A stretch of DNA of 64,000 nt from a virus (lineage: Duplodnaviria; Caudoviricetes). Shown here one piece after another: positions 36,484 through 45,166 of this stretch. The position numbers and the translations under genes are program-made. Positions within the stretch are counted from its first letter, which is position 1, and every line of letters begins with the position of its first letter. Location of the stretch: positions 1 through 64,000 of the IMG/VR virus record IMGVR_UViG_2639763012_000002. One strand, 5' to 3'. Under the pieces are notes generated by a model that saw nothing but the letters and a program-made list of their open reading frames with translations, did no database searches and had not been told where the DNA came from.

Positions 36484-37083
36484 TCAGGCGGGCGGGTTGA
36501 TAGTGCCGCGCCAGACGGGCGGCTCGTGCTCGGCGAGCTGCCATCGGTTGATGGTGATGGCGATGTCGCGCCCGTACCGGTCTAGGTCCATGGCGTAGAT
36601 CTCGCGGTGCTCCATCTGATGGCCGGGGGCCAGTTCGCCCTGGAGGGAGGCGCTGACGTCGGGTACCCATGCGGGGGTTGCGCTGCCGCCGGTGGTGGTT
36701 CCCTCGACGCGGGTCCCGATGTCGCTGAGGTCGAGGGGTGCGTCGCTGTCGTTAACGAGGGTCATGTTGATCCAGAACGCGGTGAGGCCGTCGTCGACGG
36801 TGTAGCCCTCGGGGAGGTCGGTGGGTCCGATCTCGTGGGCGCTGGTGATGGTGGTGGTGATGCCGTCGCCCCAGTCATGAGCGTCTCCAGGGACGAGGTC
36901 ACCGAGTGCCGTGGTGTCGCGGGCCTCCTCGCTGTCCGTGGGCTGCCCCTCCTGGGCCTGCTCGGACTGGCCGGCGGGCGGCGCGTCGCCAGCGTCGTCG
37001 CTGGAGCAGCCAGTGAGGGCGAGCAGGGTCGCTGCGGCGAGCGCGGTGGCCGTGGCTCTGCGTGTACTCACGGTGCTGGGCAT
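36484..37083 (-). CDS. Lipoprotein (DUF4352-like Ig fold)
   Basis: Lipobox LLALTGC; INMTLVND, LQGELAPG. Confidence 0.8.
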   Translation of the reverse strand: MPSTVSTRRATATALAAATLLALTGCSSDDAGDAPPAGQSEQAQEGQPTDSEEARDTTALGDLVPGDAHDWGDGITTTITSAHEIGPTDLPEGYTVDDGLTAFWINMTLVNDSDAPLDLSDIGTRVEGTTTGGSATPAWVPDVSASLQGELAPGHQMEHREIYAMDLDRYGRDIAITINRWQLAEHEPPVWRGTINPPA

Positions 37084-37268
37084 GTCAGGTTCCCCCCGGG
37101 GGTGAGTGGGCGTGTCGAGAGGATAATGCCTCACCGATCGCTGGACGCGAGCGCCGTTTGACGCAGTGTGACACCCCTGTGATGCGGTCGCGCCATCGCA
37201 GTTGGTCCAGCAGACGAGTGCGGACATGCTGGAGGCCGCACAGTGGGCGGTTGAGCCAGGGAGGCAGC

Positions 37269-37727
37269 ATGTCGAGTCTGAGTCCGCGCGGGACGTATCT
37301 CCAGGTCGCCGATGCGATTCGTGGGCGGATCGAGGAGGACGAGGAGCTGGTGTGGCTGCCGCCGGTGAGCGCGCTGCGCGCCGAGTGCGGCGGCGTGTCC
37401 CGAGGGCTCGTGACGCGAGCACTCAAGGCGTTGGAGTCCGAGGGGGTGGTGGTGTCGATGCAGGGGCGAGGGTGGCGTGTGGCTAGGGGGGTGGATCGGC
37501 GTCCGCTGGTGGAGCGGATGCGGGCGCTGTTCTCCGAGGACGGGCTGACGCTGGGGGGCGAGTACCCGAGCGAGGCCGAGCTGGGTGAGCGATTCGGCTA
37601 CTCGCGGGTGGCGGTGCGGTCCGCCCTGGCGGAGCTGGAAGGGGCTGGGCTGTTGGAGTCGCGGCAGGGGCATCGGCGGGTGGTGCTGCGGCTGCCGACA
37701 GCGGACGGTGACGGCGGAGTCCGATAG
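37269..37727 (+). CDS. Tandem-GntR wHTH regulator
   Basis: YLQVADAIR..GVSRGLVTRALKAL..QGRGW and YPSEAELGERFGYSRVAVRSAL. Confidence 0.88.
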   Translation: MSSLSPRGTYLQVADAIRGRIEEDEELVWLPPVSALRAECGGVSRGLVTRALKALESEGVVVSMQGRGWRVARGVDRRPLVERMRALFSEDGLTLGGEYPSEAELGERFGYSRVAVRSALAELEGAGLLESRQGHRRVVLRLPTADGDGGVR

Positions 37728-37858
37728 GGGCGGCGGTCTGACCGCTCCTCGCGGGGATGTTGGCCGGTTGTCGCTACCGCCCTGGTGGCGAGACGCGCCA
37801 GGGTGAGGGCCTGCCAGCGCCCGGGCGGGCGCTGGCAGGCCCCGACCAGAGGAGCAGC

Positions 37859-38425
37859 ATGGTGCACACCCGCGAGACAGCCCCCGCAGTGAGCGAGACG
37901 CCGGCGGTGCCGGCCGGGCGGCGAGCCGCAGCGGCCGTTGTGGTGACCGATCCTGCGGGCCGGGTGCTGCTCGTGCAGACCGTGGACGAGGACCCGCCGC
38001 GGTGGGGTCTGCCCGCCGGAGGCGTGGAGCCCGGCGAGCTGGCGCACGTGGGGGCGGCGCGGGAGCTGTGGGAGGAGACCGGGCTGCGCGCCGAGGTCGC
38101 CGAGGTCCTGGTGGTGGATCAGATGCCGGCCCGCCCTGCGGTGGCCGTGCCGCAGGGCGAGCCGGTGCCGCCGGGGGCGCGGTGGCTGTCGGAGGGGCTG
38201 ACGCTGGTGTTCCGGGGCCCGCAGCTGTCCGCCGAGGAGGCTGCGGCCGTCACGGTGCCGGCGCACGCCGCCGGGGAGATCGGCGCGGTGGCGTGGGTGG
38301 CGGAGGGCGAGCTGGACGGGTGGGTGTCCGAGACGCAGGCAGGGCGGATCAGGCAGGCCCTGGTGCGGTTGCGTGCTGGTGCCGGCTGGCCGCTGCTCGT
38401 GCTCGGTGAGCCTGTCGGCAGCTAG
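37859..38425 (+). CDS. NUDIX hydrolase
   Basis: Nudix box GGVEPGELAHVGAARELWEETGL. Confidence 0.92.
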   Translation: MVHTRETAPAVSETPAVPAGRRAAAAVVVTDPAGRVLLVQTVDEDPPRWGLPAGGVEPGELAHVGAARELWEETGLRAEVAEVLVVDQMPARPAVAVPQGEPVPPGARWLSEGLTLVFRGPQLSAEEAAAVTVPAHAAGEIGAVAWVAEGELDGWVSETQAGRIRQALVRLRAGAGWPLLVLGEPVGS

Positions 38426-38435
38426 ACGGAAAGTA

Positions 38436-38486
38436 GTGGCGTCACGCCACGAAAATGTGGACAGATGCCAATGCGGCGTGTAGTGT
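38436..38486 (+). promoter_or_regulatory. Sigma70-type promoter with palindromic operator
   Basis: GTGGCG-tca-CGCCAC (38436-38450); TGGACA-17-TAGTGT (38458-38486). Confidence 0.6.
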
Positions 38487-38531
38487 TGTTCTCACGGCAA
38501 GCGCAGAGCTTCACGCAACGGAGGACACCCC

Positions 38532-38738
38532 ATGCACCCCATGATCGACACCATCAGGGAACTCACCACCGCCGCCGCCACCGCCGGCCAGGTCATCACG
38601 ATCCAGGCGTACGGCCCGGACGGTGAGCGCCTGCGCGGCACCTACCTCGGAACCAACGGCAAGGTCGTCAGCATCGACACCGGCGACGACGTGGTGTACG
38701 TGACCGGCGACCGCATCGCCGGCGTGGACGCCGCCTGA
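38532..38738 (+). CDS. 68-aa small beta protein (Sm/SH3-like)
   Basis: GGAGG RBS, strong codon bias. Confidence 0.75.
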   Translation: MHPMIDTIRELTTAAATAGQVITIQAYGPDGERLRGTYLGTNGKVVSIDTGDDVVYVTGDRIAGVDAA

Positions 38739-39127
38739 TGACCAACACGCCCGCCAACGCTGCTGCGGCAGCCCAACTCGCTACCGCCGTACGGAAGGCC
38801 GTCACCGCCTACGAGACAGCCACCGGCACCACGCCGAGCACACTCACCACCAGCCTCGCCCGCCGCTACCGCGCCGCACACACCGCAGACGAGCGCCGGC
38901 AGTTGGCCGACGACGTAGCGGGACTTCAGTTGGATGAGATCGCGGACATCGTCGTCGCCGCTCGCGCCGTTGAGCTGGCGCTGCCGCGCATCATCTCGGC
39001 CGCCGTCGACACTGGCACACCGGTCTCGGAGATCACCCGGGCACTGGGGTATCGGGACCCCAAGGGGGTCTACCGGCTCCTCCAGCGCGATGATGCGCCC
39101 CGCCGCACGCAAGACGTCCCGAGATAG
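38738..39127 (+). CDS. Small protein with C-terminal HTH
   Basis: AVDTGTPVSEITRALGYRDPKGVYRLL; TGATG-coupled. Confidence 0.75.
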   Translation: MTNTPANAAAAAQLATAVRKAVTAYETATGTTPSTLTTSLARRYRAAHTADERRQLADDVAGLQLDEIADIVVAARAVELALPRIISAAVDTGTPVSEITRALGYRDPKGVYRLLQRDDAPRRTQDVPR

Positions 39128-39188
39128 CCCCTGGGGCGGGGCCTTGCTGGTCCCTGCGCCCGTCCACTGCCGGTGTGCGGCGTCCCCG

Positions 39189-39680
39189 TCAGCCAGTGAC
39201 GACGACTCGCCACGGCGAGCCCGAGACGCTGGCGGTGTCGATGGGTTCGTATCCGTTGGCCTCTGGGGCTGGGCCCCAGTTGGGGTTGTCGGCGAGCCAT
39301 CCCGTGATGATGCGGCCTCCTGGGCCGGGTTGGGTGCTCGGCGTGAGGTTGGGCAGGCAGGCGCGGACAGTGCGCTGATCCGTGTGGTGCCAGGTCTCAA
39401 CTGCGACCCTCTCGTGCCCGCTGGGCACGATGGGGAGCGGTGGTCCACCCGACCGGATGGAGATGGTGGCGTGGCAGCGGAGCGGGGCGCGGACTGCAAC
39501 CAGGTCCCCGGTGTGCCCCTCGACATGGTGGATGGTGAGGCTGCCTGGAGCCCATGCCGGGGTGGCGCAGGCGTGCTGGTGGAGCGGAGCGCCGTCGAGC
39601 TGGAGCGGGGTGATGCGTATCCAGTCCACGAAGTAGTAGGCCACCAGGTTGTCGTCGTGCTCGGGCTGGATGTCGATCAC
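39189..39680 (-). CDS. Hypothetical protein
   Basis: 163-aa ORF with GGAG RBS, GTGA overlap. Confidence 0.6.
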   Translation of the reverse strand: MIDIQPEHDDNLVAYYFVDWIRITPLQLDGAPLHQHACATPAWAPGSLTIHHVEGHTGDLVAVRAPLRCHATISIRSGGPPLPIVPSGHERVAVETWHHTDQRTVRACLPNLTPSTQPGPGGRIITGWLADNPNWGPAPEANGYEPIDTASVSGSPWRVVVTG

Positions 39681-40475
39681 GTGTGCTCCTGCTGTCGCTG
39701 GGCGTATGCCTCGATGTCCGCTGTGGTGATCGGGCGCTGCTGCCTGCGGTAGATCAGGTCTCTGATGTCGTCGATGTAACCGGGGTGTTCGCCGCCGAGG
39801 ACGTACCCGTATGCGGTGAGCGCGGCCGTTCGGTTGGCGTAGATGCCGGGGAGCCAGCCGCTTGCTGCGGCGAGTTGGAAGCTGCCGTCCTCAAGCCGTA
39901 GCTCGGGGGGGCACGGGAAGGAGGCGGTTGTACTCGTCTGTCGAGTACAGCTTGGCGCATCCGACGTGTTCGACCAACGGCGTGGGCTGCTCTTGCCGTC
40001 TGCGTTCCTCACGTTCCTGTACTTGTTCGGGGTCGCTGAACAGCTCGGGGGCGATGGCTCGTTCGAGGTGTTCGACAGTGCGCGCGTTGTCGAGTTGGGC
40101 GAGGTGTGGGGAGCCGGGTGGGCTGCCGAGGTGGATGCCGTGGGCGACTGCTGCCGTGTCGGCCGGGGTGCTGGTGGGGTCGTTCTTACCGCTGTGGCTG
40201 TCGGCGAGCCAGGCCCGGTCGAAGTCAGGCCGGGCCTGGTAGCGGCGCGCGAACACCCTGAGCACGTAGGTGTGGGCGATGGCGTCCAGCGTGGTGGGGT
40301 CGTATGCGAGGTGCGCCTCGGCGACGGCGGCGCACACGCGCTTGCCCTCGATGGCGTCGCGCTCGAAGTCGGTCGGGCCTGCCTGGGCCTCCTCATCCCA
40401 TCGGGCCCGGAGGTAGGCGATCAGTCCAGGGTTGAGGTGGGCGGCCTGCGTGTCTGGCGCCGGATGCTGGCTCAC
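39677..40475 (-). pseudogene. DUF6221-like protein apparently frameshifted at a 7-nt homopolymer
   Basis: LIAYLRARWDEE start; ORF stops at 39891, but removing one base of the G7 run (39905-39911) joins PVP to PELRLEDGSF..YANRTAAL through 39677. Confidence 0.55.
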
Positions 40476-40930
40476 GGGGCCCACTCCTGCTGGTAGTCGG
40501 GGTGGCCGGACCAGACGGAGGCGAGGAGTCGGATCGTTTGGCACCAGCCCTCTGGGTTGCCGTTGTAGCCAGCGTGGGGACCGCATTCGAGGCATCCTCG
40601 CTTGCGGGCATCGGGCTCGTTGTTGAGCCAATCTTCCCAGTCGTGGCTTCCGATGCGTCCGTGGACGTTGGCGATAGCTCGCAGGGCTGTGGTCTGCTGT
40701 AGAGCGCGGGCCGGGTCGTGGCGGGCGAGGTGGTTGAGGACTCCGGGCTTGAAGGGGCGACCGTCCGGCAGGTGAGCCAGGACGTGGCCGTTGGCCGTGC
40801 GTAGGGCCGTGTTGCTGTCTGCTTCCCACTGGCCATCGAACGGGGCGCTCCGATCCTGTACAGCACGGGCAGTCGCCTCGTCCTCGTCCAGGCGAGCGCG
40901 CAGGAACTCGACGAGCATCACGGTGTCCAT
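40472..40930 (-). CDS. DUF6221-family protein
   Basis: LVEFLRARLDEDE..HLARHDPARAL..IRLLASVWSGHPDYQQEWAP. Confidence 0.85.
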   Translation of the reverse strand: MDTVMLVEFLRARLDEDEATARAVQDRSAPFDGQWEADSNTALRTANGHVLAHLPDGRPFKPGVLNHLARHDPARALQQTTALRAIANVHGRIGSHDWEDWLNNEPDARKRGCLECGPHAGYNGNPEGWCQTIRLLASVWSGHPDYQQEWAP

Positions 40931-40933
40931 GGG

Positions 40934-41260
40934 CTATCGCCTCGAGGGCTCTGGGGGCGTTTGCCCGTCCTGCACGATCGCGAAATACATCCTGGCGCAG
41001 GCTCCGGCTGGGCCGTCCCATAGGACGTCGGCGGACTCGATCATGTAGGGCTCCTCGGGGTTGACGGCCCCCTCAAGGAGACGTTGCACGAGCAGCACGG
41101 CGTTGCCTTCGTCCCATCGCATGGCGCGCATGATCATGTGGGCGATGGCCTCAGTTCGCGTGAGGCTGACGTCATCGAGCCCCCACCGGGCGCCCGGTGG
41201 GGCGTCTGCGGCGCGGGACACGACGTCATAGGTGGGAGCGGGCGTATCGGCAGAGGGCAT
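40934..41260 (-). CDS. Hypothetical protein
   Basis: MPSADTPAPTYDVV..; globular composition in the leftward arm. Confidence 0.55.
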   Translation of the reverse strand: MPSADTPAPTYDVVSRAADAPPGARWGLDDVSLTRTEAIAHMIMRAMRWDEGNAVLLVQRLLEGAVNPEEPYMIESADVLWDGPAGACARMYFAIVQDGQTPPEPSRR

Positions 41261-41697
41261 GGCGGCATTGTCTCGTGTTGCTCTGCAACGCGGACGATTG
41301 CGCCCCGCGCCGGTTGGTGCCGGGCGGGGCGCTGGGTGGTGGCCGGTCAGTCGGCGTTGGGGGCGTTGCGCTTCTCGCGCTTCCTCGCGGCCTGGGACTG
41401 CTCGTTGCGGCGGCGCACCTCGTCCACGGTGATCGTCTTCTCCAGTGGCATGATGCGGGTTCCTCTCCTGCTCGGTTTGCGGGTGGGTGGGGGCCCGGGG
41501 CGGCCGGTGAGGTGTGGCAGCCGTGGTCGGCCGCCCCGGGGCGTTATCGCTTCGCGCTGCGCGCGAGGAACTGTCCTTCGGGACACATGTCGTGGGTCGT
41601 GCGCGCGCTCTTGCACTGGGCGCAGTCACGGTTGTGGGCTGCGGCCTCGGAGGGTCGGGGGTGTGTCGGTTTGGGGATCGGGGTGGGCTTGCGGCGC

Positions 41698-42228
41698 TTA
41701 CCGAACATGTCGGCCTCGTCGGGGTGTGGCGGCGGTGACCGCGGCGGCGGCGAGCACGATGCGGTGCAGGGCCTGGTCGACGGTGGCGCCGGCGGACGGG
41801 TCGCGTTGGAGCCAGGCCCCCTTGCCAGCCTTGTGGAACAGGCGGACGAGGCCGCGGGCCGTCTCGGGCGGGTCCTGCCATTGTCCGGCGTGACGGTCGA
41901 TCCAGTAGTGCGTGGCGCCGCTGATGGTGAGTGCGAGAGCGGCGCGGCGTGGGGTGAGGCCGAGGCGCAGGGCGCGGTTGGTGGCGTAGAGCGCAGCTCC
42001 CTGGGTGGCGACGTAGCTGAGGACGTGGGCGGTGCACGCGGCGCGGCCCTCGCGGGCGCCGCAGACGATGGTGCGTCCGGTAGCTGGGTCCGCGTAGGTG
42101 ACGGGCCGTCGCTTTCGGCCGCCCTTGGGGTCTGCCCAGCGGTCAAGCTGGACGATGTAGTCGCCGGCGTCGTGGCTGGCGCTGAGCGCGAGCCAGACGG
42201 CGCCAGCTCGGGCTGCTGGGGATGTCAC
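41698..42228 (-). CDS. DUF3307-like membrane protein
   Basis: SHDAGDYIVQ, HVLSY, THYWIDR, VDQALH. Confidence 0.75.
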   Translation of the reverse strand: MTSPAARAGAVWLALSASHDAGDYIVQLDRWADPKGGRKRRPVTYADPATGRTIVCGAREGRAACTAHVLSYVATQGAALYATNRALRLGLTPRRAALALTISGATHYWIDRHAGQWQDPPETARGLVRLFHKAGKGAWLQRDPSAGATVDQALHRIVLAAAAVTAATPRRGRHVR

Positions 42229-42274
42229 AGGGGCCTCCAGGTAGGTGGGTGTTATGCGTTTCAGGGTCAGGGAG

Positions 42275-42862
42275 TTAGTGGGTCTGGTCTGCACAGTCAG
42301 TGGCGGCCAGGGGGTGATGTGCGGCACTCGGCTGGTACTGGTTGATGGCCTTGATGGCGGTGGTGATCGTGTCGGGCAGGGTGTGCCGGACCGGTACGCC
42401 GTGGAGGCCAGCGAGGTGGATCAGGTACCTGTTGCGTTCGGGGTTGGGGCAGTCCGGGGGGCAGCCGAGGACGACGCGGCGGCCGGAAGCGATGTCGTAG
42501 CCGTACTCGACGTTGGTAGTCATGCCGGGCAGGGTGCGCAGGTCGCGGGGTATCCAGAACACGATCACGTCGGCGTCGGCGCGGGCGGCGTGTTCCCACT
42601 CAACCTGATCGTCGTAGTGGGCTGCCCTGATACCGCCGCGTGACTCGGGGGTCAGCACGGTCAACTCGGGGCCGTCGTCCGGCCACTGGGCGGAGAGCTC
42701 GCGGATGGCTTCGGGACGCCAGGAGTCGACGGGGTCGCCGGCGCGGGGGGTGGGGCCGGCGATGAACACGGTTGGGCTGGCCCCGGGGGCGGGGAGGGGT
42801 TCGCGGGCCCAGATGATGCGCAGGTTCGGTGTGACGGGCCAGGGGTCGGGCAGAGGGCTCAC
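42275..42862 (-). CDS. Nucleoside 2-deoxyribosyltransferase-like (TIR-like fold) protein
   Basis: VFIAGPTP, SWR, QVEWE, ADVIVFWIPR, TTNVEYG. Confidence 0.85.
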   Translation of the reverse strand: MSPLPDPWPVTPNLRIIWAREPLPAPGASPTVFIAGPTPRAGDPVDSWRPEAIRELSAQWPDDGPELTVLTPESRGGIRAAHYDDQVEWEHAARADADVIVFWIPRDLRTLPGMTTNVEYGYDIASGRRVVLGCPPDCPNPERNRYLIHLAGLHGVPVRHTLPDTITTAIKAINQYQPSAAHHPLAATDCADQTH

Positions 42863-43239
42863 AGGGTCTCCTGGGTGTGTCGGATGCCTCGGCGGTTGGG
42901 CCACGGCAGAGTGATGTCGTCATGGGCGGCGCGCGGGATCAGGTGCCAGTGAAGATGCATCACCGTCTGCGTGGCGTCCTCGCCGGCGCTGGTGATCAAG
43001 TTGCTTTGCACACCGAGCGCCCTGCCGAGTTGCGCGGCGCGACGGGCGCTCGCGCCGGTGACATCGGGGTCGTCGGCGTAGTCGACGACGTGGCGGCGTG
43101 GGATGACGAGGACGTGTCCGGGGTGGACGCCGCCTCTGGGGAGGATGGCTATGGTGTCGGGCCATTCGCGGACGACTGCGGCGGGTGCGCGGCCGGCGAT
43201 GATCTCGCAGAACGGGCAGGGTGCGGCGTTGTCAGGCAT
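42859..43239 (-). CDS. HIT-family nucleotide hydrolase
   Basis: CPFCEII, GHVLVIPRRHV, QTVMHLHWHLIPR. Confidence 0.92.
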   Translation of the reverse strand: MPDNAAPCPFCEIIAGRAPAAVVREWPDTIAILPRGGVHPGHVLVIPRRHVVDYADDPDVTGASARRAAQLGRALGVQSNLITSAGEDATQTVMHLHWHLIPRAAHDDITLPWPNRRGIRHTQETL

Positions 43240-43408
43240 GGCGTCCTCGGCTGGCGCGGACGGTGACGCCGTCATCGGCTTCGGCGGCCAACTCAACGGC
43301 GTCCATGGCTTGGTCGACGCTGTCGGAGCCGATGACCTCGGCACGGCGGGTCTGGGTCCCGGCGGGGGTGTCGAGATCGACCTCGACGATATGCCGGTTG
43401 TTGGGCAT
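43232..43408 (-). CDS. 58-aa acidic small protein
   Basis: Manual translation MPNNRHIVEVDLDTPAG..; GAGGAG RBS. Confidence 0.55.
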   Translation of the reverse strand: MPNNRHIVEVDLDTPAGTQTRRAEVIGSDSVDQAMDAVELAAEADDGVTVRASRGRHA

Positions 43409-43459
43409 GGTGGCTCCTCGCGGTGTTGGTGTGGGGGTGCCGGCTCTCGGGTTGGTCCG

Positions 43460-43496
43460 GCTCTCCTCACCGCCCTGGTGGGGCGGTGAGGAGAGC
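43460..43496. terminator. 16-bp stem-loop
   Basis: gctctcctcaccgccc-tggtg-gggcggtgaggagagc. Confidence 0.65.
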
Positions 43497-43528
43497 TGTC
43501 CGGGCCTGGGTTGCTCGGCGCGTGGGGC

Positions 43529-43617
43529 GGTAGATGGGGTGGGAGATGGCCGGTAGATAGGGGGTAGATGGGCCGGTAGATGGGGGCGGTAGATGGGGTC
43601 TGAGCTGGTGATCTACC
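43529..43617. repeat. Phased GGTAGAT direct-repeat array (clt/iteron-like)
   Basis: Copies at 43529, 43541 (GGGAGAT), 43552, 43563, 43575, 43588; inverted ATCTACC at 43611. Confidence 0.8.
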
Positions 43618-43632
43618 TCTGCCTGGGGCGGG

Positions 43633-44670
43633 TCACGCGGCGGTCTCGGGTGAGTGGTTGGGGACGGCGGTGAGGTGGCGCTGGGGTGGGGTGGGTTCGG
43701 TGGTTGTGGCGGGGGTCGGGTGTGGGGTGTTGGTGGGGTCCTCGGGGTGGGGTTGGTCGGGGGTTGGCTGGGGGGTGTGGGTGGGGGGTTGGTCGAGGAG
43801 GGTGAGGGCGTCTCGGAGGGGGGCTCCGAGGGCGTGGGTGAGGGCGTCGACGCGCACGCCCCATGTGGGGCCGGCGCCGCGGATTTTGACGTTGCGGTCG
43901 GTGGGGAATCCGCATGCCTCTAGGACCTCGCGGAGTGAGGTCACGTCGGGGAAGTTATGGATGCCTTCGCCCTCGTCGCTGAGCGTCTTGACGAGCTGGT
44001 TGATGTGGACGCCCTTGAGTCCGGCGCCTTCGGCGTCGGCGACGGCGGCGATGACGTGACGGGATATGCGGTGGGTGAGGTTTGTGGGGTTGGGCTGCTC
44101 CCCTGTGTCCGCCTCATTTTCATGATCATCGTGGGTGGCGTGGCCGGTGGCTGCCGGGCTCTCCTCGCCCGGGGCCGGGTGGTCGTCCCGTGCTGGCGCG
44201 ACGAATTGGGCGGTGATGAACCACGCCAGGGCCAGGCCGATGAGGATCAGCGGCATGTGAGGCGCGATGTGGGGCCAGGCGATGGAGATGGCTGTGGCCG
44301 CGGTGCCTCCCGCGACGGCGAGTGCGATAGCGGCTGTCAGGCATCCGAGGCCGATGGTCTCCAGGCGGTCACCGGCCGAGGGCGCCGACCTCTTCTTCGT
44401 GCTCTTCTTACCCTTGGGGGTCTTGCCTTTGGTGAGGTTGGGCGTGCTCTCGGATGCCTGGCTGTCGCCCTCGGAGGCATCCCCTGTGGCGTCGCTGTCG
44501 GTCGTGTAGCTGGTGCCGGTGGCTGCTCTCCAGCCGTACCTGATGGCGTAGATGGCGCCCCTGGTGAGGGCAGTGAGGATGATGCGGGAGCCAGCGGCGA
44601 GGTCCCGGCCGGCCTCGCCGATGCCCTGGAACGGGATGGCGAGGGCGTTGCGGATGCTGCGGAGGGCCAC
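43633..44670 (-). CDS. Membrane protein with C-terminal wHTH-like domain
   Basis: 2-3 TM helices, then GVHINQLVKTL..DVTSLREVLEACGFPTDRNVKIRGAGPTWGVRVDAL. Confidence 0.7.
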   Translation of the reverse strand: MALRSIRNALAIPFQGIGEAGRDLAAGSRIILTALTRGAIYAIRYGWRAATGTSYTTDSDATGDASEGDSQASESTPNLTKGKTPKGKKSTKKRSAPSAGDRLETIGLGCLTAAIALAVAGGTAATAISIAWPHIAPHMPLILIGLALAWFITAQFVAPARDDHPAPGEESPAATGHATHDDHENEADTGEQPNPTNLTHRISRHVIAAVADAEGAGLKGVHINQLVKTLSDEGEGIHNFPDVTSLREVLEACGFPTDRNVKIRGAGPTWGVRVDALTHALGAPLRDALTLLDQPPTHTPQPTPDQPHPEDPTNTPHPTPATTTEPTPPQRHLTAVPNHSPETAA

Positions 44671-44671
44671 G

Positions 44672-45154
44672 TCACTCGGCTCCGGCGAGGCGGAGGATGG
44701 TGGAGCGAATGAGGTCGGTGAGGATCGTTCCGTAGCCTCCGGAGCGGGTGGCGGCGACAGCTGTGGCGATCCCAAGGAACGCGGGGATGATCATCCGCTT
44801 CCACTTGGGGCCGAATGTCAGGAGTGCGAGGACGATCGATACGGCGGCCGGGCCCGGGTCGCCGAATCGGCCGCTCGCGTCCCCTTCGAGGGCTCCGGAA
44901 GGGATGGAGTGGATGCCGTTGGCGATGTCGGCCCAGGCGCCGCCGGCGGCGAGGGCGACGATGCCGAAAATGATCGAGGTGACACCGACGGACTGCTTGG
45001 TGTTGATCCGGATGGTGTCAGATCCGCGGAGCCCGAGGAGCAGCAGCGTGCCGATGATGAGGGCGACGCCGGAGGCTGTGATGGTGCCGAGGACCTGGGC
45101 GCCCGGGGCGGCCTCGGCGGCGAACTCCGCTGCGTGGGTGAGGTGACTGTTCAT
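44672..45154 (-). CDS. Multi-TM membrane protein
   Basis: About four hydrophobic helices; operon with spread-like genes. Confidence 0.7.
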   Translation of the reverse strand: MNSHLTHAAEFAAEAAPGAQVLGTITASGVALIIGTLLLLGLRGSDTIRINTKQSVGVTSIIFGIVALAAGGAWADIANGIHSIPSGALEGDASGRFGDPGPAAVSIVLALLTFGPKWKRMIIPAFLGIATAVAATRSGGYGTILTDLIRSTILRLAGAE

Positions 45155-45166
45155 GGTCTTTCCAGG

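Noticed and set aside
37736-37766. GTCTGACCGCTCCTCGCGGGGATGTTGGCCG resembles a type I-E repeat 3' half
   Set aside because: Only a 4-bp stem and a single copy; too weak without an alignment
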